A DNA stretch of 64,000 nucleotides, taken from Adineta vaga (Eukaryota; Animalia; Rotifera). Of this stretch, positions 38,317 through 48,428 are shown piece after piece. Under the pieces are notes generated by a model. That model was not told the origin of the DNA. It did no database searches and saw only the letters and a list, made by a program, of their open reading frames with translations. Positions within the stretch are counted from its first letter, which is position 1; the number at the start of each line of letters is the position of its first letter. The stretch covers positions 14,942,001-15,006,000 of the forward strand of contig CP075495.1 of assembly GCA_021613535.1 (NCBI GenBank), written 5' to 3'. The position numbers were made by a program, and so were the translations under genes.

Positions 38317-39634
38317 TTAGTCAGAATCATCAATCTCATCATCTACTACCAACATATTATCACTTGAAATTTCATTTAGACTTGGTTCTTCTCCATACAC
38401 AAATGTGAACATAGCCATCCAGATATCTTTGTGTGATCCGGTGCTTCTTAAGACGGACTCTGCTATACAATCTTTTGGAGCGTTATGTATGATATGTTTA
38501 CTGATTATTTGGTAATATCATCCTGCACGACCCAGTGTGTGTTGCAAACATTTCATTTCGTTTTTTGAATCGATTAATGAAGATAGAGAACCATTATGTA
38601 AGGCGTTTAAAAATTCCGGCACATATTGACGTATATCATTATAGGTTATGTCATTTGTAATTTCAATGCCCGTTCGATTTGTGAATGCTTCTGAGTATTT
38701 TTTGATTAAATAGAATCGAAATTTTTCAATTAATATTTGACGATGTAAATGAATGAGTGGTTTAATTGATATTGAAAGTGATCGGATTGTTTTTTCTAAT
38801 GATTGAATTGTTGAATTTTGTGCATTATTAATTTGTTCTTGCTGTTCTTTTGAGTTACATAATTTTTTAATTTCATCATCTTGTTTTTTTATGTGACCAT
38901 TTTGTTCATTGATCGTATCATTTTGCTGTTTCATCGATGTAACTAATTTATGAATACGATCTTCTAATCGTTTAATGTCATTTTTCATATCATTGTTACC
39001 AACACATTCATTATTCACCATTCCCAGGTCGAACGATGCAGTCCATATACGGTCTTTACGATATAAAAACGGATACTATACTGGCCGTAACACTGACCGT
39101 ATTATCGGGCGCAGTAATACGGTCCGTTCTGTATCCGTACATAGCCGAAAAGTAGCCGTTTCGGAGGAGAATACAGTGCGTTTACGATGCCGTAAATCTG
39201 TGCCCGTAATTACGGAACAAAACGGTTCATTTTCGGCCGTAAAGTCACCGTTTTGTCACGGTTTACATTCCGAAAACATATTGTAAACGACTCCGTTTTC
39301 ATTGACCTGGGTTGATTTTGTTTGAATATTTATGCCTCTGTTTGTATGTAAATGCAAACGTCGATTTAATAATTCATTTTTGTAATTAAATATAATCCAA
39401 AGTGAATTCTCACTATTAGATTTAAACCATTGTTCGACTGTTATGGAAACATTTACTGTTGGCATAAGTAACGGAGATCCGAGTGATGCAGCATCAATAC
39501 TAACATTTTCACATTCTTTTTCTGTTCTTCATTTCTTCTTCATACTTAACAACATCTTCATTTGCTTCATTTATCTTCTTGTCTACTAATTTCTTTCTCA
39601 AACGTTGTCGGATATTTTCTTTGCGATCACCCAT
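38317..39634 (-). pseudogene. Coiled-coil protein pseudogene (frameshift, MITE insertion, premature TGA)
   Basis: MGDRKENIRQR.. frameshift near 39525 ..LLMPTV..IQTKS|MITE|MVNNEC..LGRAG* then 66 further in-frame codons to TAA at 38317. Confidence 0.75.
39023..39311. mobile_element. Non-autonomous TIR element (MITE), 289 bp, TIR CCCAGGTC, 2-bp TSD (TT)
   Basis: TT|CCCAGGTCGA..TTGACCTGGG|TT; rich in ACGG/CCGT; excision with one TT restores the host frame exactly. Confidence 0.9.
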
Positions 39635-40776
39635 TGATGTTATAATTTGAATTAAATTTGGCGATAAAATAAAAAATCTATGTAAGAAAAAGGTTCTAGA
39701 TGGAAGAAAGATTTTAATAAGTAAAATACGAATTGTGATTGTGAGATGAACAACGATAAAACGACTTCAGTTCTTGAAAGGATAAATAGGTAATCAACGG
39801 CTAATATAATCGATACAGGGTGCTTTCAGACAAGAAGACGATAGAATATTTCTGAAACATTTCCGCGTTCTTTGTTCTTATTAGATATGTAAAAATGACA
39901 TATTGTTATATTTGAAATGTATTCAATATTCCATCAAGTAAATATTTTTCTTTTTGATCATATTATTCAATGGCAACAGATCAATAGGAACTTCTTCTTA
40001 AATAAACTCTTCATCGAAAAACAATATATCCTTCGATTTCCAAAATAACAAAAAGTTTTGAATATAATCAAAATAACTTATGCTTATTAGTCTATATATT
40101 CTTCATGCTGAGTGAGATAAATCAATAATTGTTGTCTTGTTATATTCTTTAAACATTCTATTAGGTTCCCTTTTCTAGATTTAAATTATCTTATCGCATA
40201 GCACATTGATTATTTCTTTATAATCACGCAATGTTATGGATTTTGGTGTCTTCAAATAAACATTAATGCTGAACTTGAGAGTGGACGAGGTGTATGAATT
40301 TCGATTTATTCTCTTTTGTTCAATATACACAAGGCACTTGTTTCTGTGTTGTCAAAGAACGATTCATATTGAATCAAACATCAAATTCTTTCTGAGAAAC
40401 CAAAGCAGTATTCTTCTGAAATATCATTAAAACTGTTCTAAGAACATTTTGAGTTGGGCTTAATAACTTGTTTTCTATATGAAAGGATTTCACTATTTAT
40501 CATTTAAATACACAAAGAAAAATTGAATTATGGCTAAGACTAATACGTTCGAAGCATAATAAATGACAACTATAACCTTTTGTTTTTACGATCTATAGAG
40601 TTTAGAATATACCAGTCGATTCTAACATAAGTAGAAAAAAGTAACTATGAGTACTACTGACTATTGGATAGCCATCATAGTAAACAACAAAAGGATTCAA
40701 AATAAATAAATACTAATAAAGAATGATTTTATTTTATATTGAAACAAAAAATCGAGACGAAAAACTATAATACTTT

Positions 40777-41757
40777 CTAGCATAGATTTCTCAAACGTCT
40801 TTTCATATTGTCAATTAGTTTAAGAAATTCTTGTTTAAATGTTTTAGACATGTATAGTTGAATATAAAATGAACTTCCATAATTCACATAAAGCAAAAGT
40901 CTAACAATATGTAAAATAAATTTTTCCCATGCACGTATTAAAGTAGTTCTCGAAAAATTTTGACTAGTAGAAAAAGCCATATAAATCCAATAGCAAGAGT
41001 GTGGTGTTGTTAAAATAGTAAGGACAAGTATTTGAACTGAAAGACTTCTAATAAACTGATGTTCATCCCGTCTAACTGCAGTCGAGGCTGTTATCGATGG
41101 CTTTATTTCTCTTCGAGAGTGTCGAACATTATTTAATGTAAAAACTCCAATTATTATCATGCATATCGGAGGTAGTAGACTATAGAAAATCAACATAAAT
41201 ATAGAAAAGAATATATTATAAGCTGGATCGTTTGCTGTACATGACAACATCAGTTGACTGTACGGATTCAACTTATAGAAATAATTATAAAAAATTGGAA
41301 CATGCACATGCAGTACCATACAGCCAGTTATTACTAGAGCAACGAATTTGATGACCATTCGAGTAGAACAAATTTGTTGACGTTTTAATGCTGATTGATT
41401 TGTAGAATATAATCGATCGAGTGTTGCGATAACAAAATGCCAATTTGATATTGCAAAAAGAGTAAATACGAAATAAGTACGAATCTTACAATAGATATTC
41501 GAACTTCCACCGAAGAGATTAACTTGAAAACCGTCGTCTAATATTCGAGTTAAAAGTCCAATAAAAAACATTACTAAATTATTTATTGAAATAGCAACGA
41601 AGTATAAAGAACATGATTGTTGAACAAATCTACCACGAGTGAATATTGTTAGATTAAGTAAATTTCCTGTCATACCAAATACAAATATCGTCATTGCTAT
41701 CCAACGATTCATTACAATAGCGGACCAATCCAACGTATCGATCAACGATGATGCCAT
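40777..41757 (-). CDS. Orphan class A GPCR
   Basis: 7TM; GN in TM1; LDRL; SFYIQLYMSKTFKQE; intronless. Confidence 0.85.
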   Translation of the reverse strand: MASSLIDTLDWSAIVMNRWIAMTIFVFGMTGNLLNLTIFTRGRFVQQSCSLYFVAISINNLVMFFIGLLTRILDDGFQVNLFGGSSNIYCKIRTYFVFTLFAISNWHFVIATLDRLYSTNQSALKRQQICSTRMVIKFVALVITGCMVLHVHVPIFYNYFYKLNPYSQLMLSCTANDPAYNIFFSIFMLIFYSLLPPICMIIIGVFTLNNVRHSRREIKPSITASTAVRRDEHQFIRSLSVQILVLTILTTPHSCYWIYMAFSTSQNFSRTTLIRAWEKFILHIVRLLLYVNYGSSFYIQLYMSKTFKQEFLKLIDNMKRRLRNLC

Positions 41758-43895
41758 TTAGTCTATTTTGAAAAATAAAAATGTAAGAATTTGGTATAGC
41801 AATAGAACATATATGATAAAAAACGGTCTATTTACTATTGTTTTGAATCTGTTTTTCAAAATTGCATAAAACATATAAGATACTATTTACTTATATAAAC
41901 GAGACTGTCTCTATAATTAAAATCTTGTGATGCGGATTAGAGTGTGTCGAGCAAAGATTTCAACTTCCACCGACTTTGCATAGTATATACATTGACAATG
42001 CATACTGACATCGAAAGGTATGACATGTGATTAGTTTAAGAAGCTTTCTTCACTTTCCATCGCTAGTCAGAGTCAGTAGAGCATAGGGAAGATTTTATTT
42101 TGATCACAGATGTGTCATCAGAATCTTTGTAGGAGATTCAGGAAAAGAGATGTTTGCGCAATTCTCTAATACTTTCTTTTAATATTGAAGAAAAATATAT
42201 TCACAGTATCTTAGCTAGAATATGAGTGTATTTTTAACATATTACCATCTCTTCATTGTAAACGTGAGATCTGGTACTAAATAAGCTTCTGTATATCTTT
42301 TTTCTAAAAATACTTAAAGTATGGTACAAAGATATTCAAATCAGCTCAATATGATAGAATTAAACGTTTTCGAGCTTTCTACAACTTTCCTATCAACGGT
42401 TATGTAGAGAGGTAACTTGGTTTAGCAATATAGAGAAACAGACTAACGCTTTTTTCGCGACTTCGAAGTGTTGAGAATGTGTTTTGATATTCTAGATGTT
42501 CTCTTTTTTTAAGAATTTATAAGTCATCACCAATTTAAGTTCTTCTAAAGAGTAGGACTTTTGATTACAAAAAATCTAAACTAATTGGGATTGCACATTT
42601 TTGTCTCTCACCGTTTGTCATTGCAAGGGAATCAAAAGGATTTTTAATCATCACAATGTAGTTGAGCTCTCTACATCATTTGATAAACAAATTCCTAGTC
42701 TTGCATTGTGAACTGTTGCTCTTGTTTTTTTCGATTTTGAGAAGAGACATAGTTAGCAGAATACTTTTAGCCGTCGATGATATGTCCCTTAAGGATATAT
42801 TATTTGTCAACGTTTCCTGACGAACTAATATGTTAAGTGATATTAAGAACCTTATTATTTCTGTTTCACTCCTTATTCGTTTAATCTATCAATAATGTGG
42901 ACGAAGACTTGCTGATTGTTATTTCACTAATCTCATAGAATACACGTAAGAAGAATTATTTCATTCAGAAATTAAGCATCACAATCGAGAAGTAGGAGGT
43001 GAAAATACGTATTTGATATTTGAAAACCATATGAAATCAATAATCTGATATTGAATAGAAATATAGCTGGTAGGTCAGAAAAACATCGTTGAATACCTTA
43101 ATAATTTCTGACTTTTACTTTGATATGCACTCAGAATTATATGAGAGTGATCAATAATAAAAAGAAAAAAATGGTATGTGAACTGATAACGAAAAGAAAA
43201 TAATTAAAAGGATCTGTTAAGACTTCACGATGGGGAAAAAATCTCACTATCCACTTCTAGGGTGTCTCATTAGGAAATCTACGTCGTTGCCTGCTCTTTT
43301 ATTGGATACGAAAAAAAAAATTGGCGTAGTTAATAGATAATACATGGCATCATTATATTAAAATAGAGATTTTTTCTCTCATAAAACTGATGCTATGTCG
43401 TTTTGACAAATAACTCATCTACTGCGGGAAAGTTTCCTAAGGAAAGTACGTATAAATATCGACAGAAGATTAGAATAAATGTCGTAATCATGATTGAGTA
43501 GATTAACTTTGTAGAAACAATCGATTTATTTTCAAGTCTGAACGAACGCGAACTAGACTTAGACATACTGTTGTCTTTATATCTGTAAAAAAAAACTTCA
43601 ACAAACGATAATTTCTTTGATACTTCCCAGAATCATGATTTTCATTACTATTATGCTAAAGATACTTAATGTATTTTTTCCGATGTCTTGTCAAGAACGA
43701 TTATTATAAACAAAGGATCACGCGATATTTACGATTTCCCTTATAGAAATATACGATAAAACAAACTTTTTATACAAGAGCACTTATCTGTAGCATTTGA
43801 ACTAACATAAAAGGTCTGTCAGTATTTGTTCCCTTATAAAATGAGTTTAAAAGCTAGACAAAACTATATCATTCATAAACTAAAGATTCTAATGA

Positions 43896-43952
43896 TCAAT
43901 TTCCTTGATGATGACTTGCAATCCATGCTGATAGAGCTTCCAGATTTGTAGT
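43896..43952 (-). other. Duplicated copy of the terminal exon of the AIM24-like gene
   Basis: TTNLEALSAWIASHHQGN* vs TRNPEALSAWIAGYHQAS* (44586-44530); both 57 bp, both preceded by AG. Confidence 0.75.
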
Positions 43953-44529
43953 CTCAAGAAAAACATATGCACACTTTCGTGATCTGTCTGATATAAGTTA
44001 GAATATAGATGAAGTTTCGGCTGTTTGATATAACTTCGAAAATAAATTGTAAAAAAGACAACTATAACTTGAAGATAACGTAGGCGTAGATTTAGTTTTA
44101 ATTTGATACATTAATGACGCATTTCTATGTCCTTCTGTGAAAACTGGAATTGTTAAGCATATACAGGAATAGCTTTATTTTATTCTTTTTTAATTTTAAC
44201 TCACATATACGGATATATATATATGTCCGAATATGAATCAGAGGTACGTACAACTAAAACTATGTTTTCTCGAGAATTAACCTTATGTTAAGATTTGTTT
44301 TGAAATCTCCATTTATATTCGAACTGGAATTAGACATCTACTCATATAGTTATCTCCTAGTTATTGTGAAGAACTAACATTAGTCTACGGCTTTCTCGGT
44401 ACTTCTCTTCAATTAGAAAGGAAATATAAATAAATTAAATTGATATAAGTTTTCATATTTAGTCTTTTATTTTTCATAAAAGCGGTACAAAATAAGTAGT
44501 TACGATCCATATATTGATTAAGCTAACAA

Positions 44530-45378
44530 TCAACTTGCTTGATGATAACCTGCAATCCATGCTGATAGCGCTTCTGGATTTCGTGTCTAGAAAAATATTT
44601 AAATATTTTTTGTTAATATCTCTTCTAATCAAATATCTTACTTGAATGAATACTGTTCCTGGACCGGTAAATCGGCAAACAAGCCCTTCACCTGCATGCA
44701 TTCCACTCATAATTCCTCCGCCAGATCTTTCTATCGAATATGGACAATTCCAAGCAACTAAATGACCATTATCAACAATCCATTGTTCTCCATCTTTTAG
44801 ATTTCGCTGAATAATTGCACCAAGTGACGTCACAAAAAGAATACCAACACCGGATATTCGATTAACAAAAAGTCCTTCACCTGAAAACATTCCTTTGCCT
44901 AATCCTTGAGATTTTGTTTCTTTGATTACACCTTCTGTCATTGCTAGAAAACCACCTCGACCAACGTTCCACTGTATATTTCCATCTAAATATATTGGAA
45001 CAATATCACCCCTGGAAAAGAAAAAAACCAAACCGACACGGTTATTTTGTTGAGATTCTATACGATGAAAAACAACACATTCAATATTTACCAAATAGGT
45101 GGCGCAAATAATATTTCACCAGGTCCCGTGTATGTTGATTGAGACATTTCACCACCAGTAAACATTTTCTTGAATGAAAATTTAAATTTACCTTTCAATG
45201 TTACTTGTGGACTCATAGCAACCATAGCTCCAGGTTGAGCATAGAATACTCCATTTGACGATAATGTTACTGATAAGAGTGTATTTGTATCACGATGATC
45301 AATTTTGTAAGAACATCCATTAAATTGACCAATCAAATCACCCAAACTACTCGATGATATTTGTTGAGATGTTGCCAT
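44530..45378 (-). CDS. AIM24 / TIGR00266-family protein, 3 exons
   Basis: Exons 45378-45092, 45011-44642, 44586-44530. QPGAMVAMS..FTGGE..GPGEILFAP..GDI..FSGEGLF..VDNGHLVAW..GEGLVCRFTGPGTVFIQTRN. Confidence 0.9.
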
Positions 45379-46448
45379 AGTGTTTGATTTTCTTTCGTTG
45401 TTGAATTCACTATTTAATCTCAAAGACGAATTATTCGATGTATATATATATATATATATATGCATATAAAAATGAATCAGTCAAAGACGTCAAAAGTCGT
45501 TTGAATCATTTTGTTGATAACTCATAAACTAAATTGACGTAAGCAAGGCGTCTTATCGTTACAAACGCAGAAAGAATAAATCGACAACATACAGTATGAT
45601 TTTTAGAATAAAGAAAAACGAGGAGTCTATTAGTTTTCAATGCTGTGCAAATAAATATTGAAGAAAGGAATAAAGAGTAAAGTAAATATATTTTTCTTCA
45701 GTCAAGACTGCTTATAAATCATAATTTATAAACTAGTATATAAATTCAAGAGCTTTTTAATGCATTGTTATTGAAGTATATGTTCAACTTAAACTTTTAA
45801 TAGAATCGATATTAAAATTCATCAGATATATTTGTTTTAAAATATTTTTTCTTTATTTTTTTACAACGAATTCTATCAATATACTCATTTCTACCTGAAA
45901 TCTGATTACGAACGAATGTTTTCGTAATTCAAGCATTTTTCTCTGCATAAAATCGATTCATTAATCAATATTAGTTAAATAGACTTTCTATGAGTCAGTT
46001 AAACAACATCGAAAAGTCTATATAAATTATTCAAGATCAGCGCAGAGAAAAGCATCCTATTAGATTACATGTGATTTGAAATTTAATGACTAGCAATTAA
46101 CGCATCCGCGAGATTAAACGAATGACATATTTAGTTCCTTTGAATACATCTAACTATCATCATCATTATTATTATCTGTGTATCAGTAAAAAAAAATAAG
46201 AAGACGTTCATTCGAGTTCAGTTCGTCGATTCTTTATTAATGACACAGTTGAATATGCTGTCGGATGTATTTCGCTGTCATCACAAAACATTCTTCAGAC
46301 TCCAATTGAACTTTCATTGAAGATTGCGTGTATTTCATTGTTGATTAATCCTATTTTTAATGATTTAAGATACGATATTATAATAAAGAATAGTCGACAT
46401 TCTTTTTCTACATTAAATACCCGATTCTCATCCATTAAATCAAATCTA

Positions 46449-47423
46449 ATGTCTACTACAACAATTGTTCAATTGTTTAATATTTCAAATAAACTATTTA
46501 CCATAGGAATTACCATTGAAATAATTTTTGGTATCATTGGTTCAATATTTCTGTTAATTATTCTTAATAATCATCGTTTTCGGCGAATTGGTTCATCTAT
46601 GATTTATTTATCTGCAGTTAATATTAGTAGTCTTATCGTTTTAATGACAGTTGCCTTCGGTCAAATGCTTGATATTACGTATGGAACAAGTCTTAAATGG
46701 TCTCTGATAAATGAGATTTGGTGTAGATTTCGCAATAGTATAGGTACAGTTGCATCACTTACTGCTCCAACATGTATATGTTTAGCAGCAATTGATCAAT
46801 GGATAATAACGTCTCATTCTGTTCATCATCGAAGATGGAGTACACGTCGACTGGCATATTTAACAATATTCTTAAATGTTTCTTTTTGGTTTCTCTTGAC
46901 TGGTATTCCTATTTTTATATTTACTGGACTTATACCAAATGGTAATTCAATAGTTTGTAGTTATCTTTCTCAATCATTTGCTACATATAATAATATTTTC
47001 TTTATTCCTATTATATACTGTTTATTACCTATTAGTATCCTAACTATCTGTGGTATATTAACATGGAAAAATATACAACGTCTTCGAAGATCACTTGTTC
47101 GTCAAATAGGTCGAATGATATTTATTCAAATAACATCAACTATTATTACCACTGTTCCATTATGTATAGCAGCTATTTATTTAGCAATTACAACAAATAC
47201 AATGAAAACATTATTGCAACAAGTTGTAGAAAGTTTAATTGTTACTATTGCTCGTTTATGTTTTTTTCTTGCATATTCATATCATTTCTATATTTATCTT
47301 CTATCATCAAAGCACATGCGTCGAATTGTTTTTGAACAATGTCTCAAAATAAAACGCAAAGTTGCATCAACATTACCGACCCATCCCACAAGAAATATGG
47401 CAGTTATACCTGTTAATCCGTAA
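46449..47423 (+). CDS. Orphan class A GPCR
   Basis: 7TM; AIDQW; WCRFR; FYIYLLSSKHMR; intronless. Confidence 0.85.
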   Translation: MSTTTIVQLFNISNKLFTIGITIEIIFGIIGSIFLLIILNNHRFRRIGSSMIYLSAVNISSLIVLMTVAFGQMLDITYGTSLKWSLINEIWCRFRNSIGTVASLTAPTCICLAAIDQWIITSHSVHHRRWSTRRLAYLTIFLNVSFWFLLTGIPIFIFTGLIPNGNSIVCSYLSQSFATYNNIFFIPIIYCLLPISILTICGILTWKNIQRLRRSLVRQIGRMIFIQITSTIITTVPLCIAAIYLAITTNTMKTLLQQVVESLIVTIARLCFFLAYSYHFYIYLLSSKHMRRIVFEQCLKIKRKVASTLPTHPTRNMAVIPVNP

Positions 47424-47477
47424 CAATTAAAACTCTTTGTAATGGTTATAAATAAAAATTAAGAAAAAAGAAAGTTC

Positions 47478-47672
47478 AATCTAGTTTATCCAATAATAAT
47501 AAAAACGAAAGAAAAATAGAACAGAATCACATTTGGTTTTTTGAAAGAAAGCAAAAATTGTTGATCACTTATCAGTTGAATTTGTATCAAAAAGTCCTTT
47601 AAGCATTTGTTTTCGTTTAATTCTTACAATATACGCACGATTTTCTGGTAGAGTTTTAATAATTGTTCAACA
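47478..47672 (-). repeat. Degraded duplicate of the 3' end/3'UTR of the neighbouring TPR gene (48322-48557)
   Basis: Shared TTATCAGTTGAATTTGTATCAAAAAGTCCTTT..CAATATACGCACGATTTTCT; the copy lacks 21 nt between two GATTTTCT repeats. Confidence 0.85.
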
Positions 47673-48428
47673 CTCTCACCTTCAGTTTTAGCTTGTTTGA
47701 TCGATAGCAAAAGAAAAAAAATCACAATGCAGGAAATTCAAGAAGAAAGATAGCAAGACACATTCAGAGAAAAATATCAGAAGAAATACACAAATGAAAT
47801 AGATAATTAATTGAACAAAAATTATTCAACAATTTTATATGTATGTATAATAAGTACATAACGAGCTATTAATGTTTAATGATCTGTAAGGTTCATAATA
47901 ATTTCATTAATATGATCAATTCATACGACTAGGAGATTTGAAATCATCGTTCGAACTGGATTCTGCTTATCGATTTTCCAATTTTTCTGTTAATTTGTTT
48001 ATCTACTGTTTCAACTCTTCTTCAACTTGTTCATGTTTTTGTAGGTCACGTAATAGCTTTTCAACTAATTGACGAAGATTTTCATTTTCTTTTTTTGTTC
48101 ATCTAGTACATCTTTGAGTTCATGAATTTGTTCGTCTTTTGACTTCTGTTCTTTGTTATTTGTACTTATCGATATACTTTGATTCGTGAACATTCTTTAT
48201 AGATTTTCGATAAGAAAAATTGTCATAAGATGAGATGTAAAACATAACAGATCAACCATGAGCAGTAAATACATGCTCAGTCAGAATTCAATTTGGACAA
48301 TTTTTTCAATGAAAAAAATTTAATCTAGTTTATCAAATAATAATAATAATAGCAAAAAACGAAAGAAAAAAATAGCACAGGATCACAATTTTTGAAGAAA
48401 AAACAAAATGTAGAAAAGCAAAAATTGA

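Noticed and set aside
42300-42480. TE-like remnant
   Set aside because: No boundaries or second copy visible in the window.
47910-48200. Minus-strand coiled-coil-like fragment (..KDEQIHELKDVLDEQ..)
   Set aside because: Contains frameshifts and stops with no identifiable family; too degraded to call.
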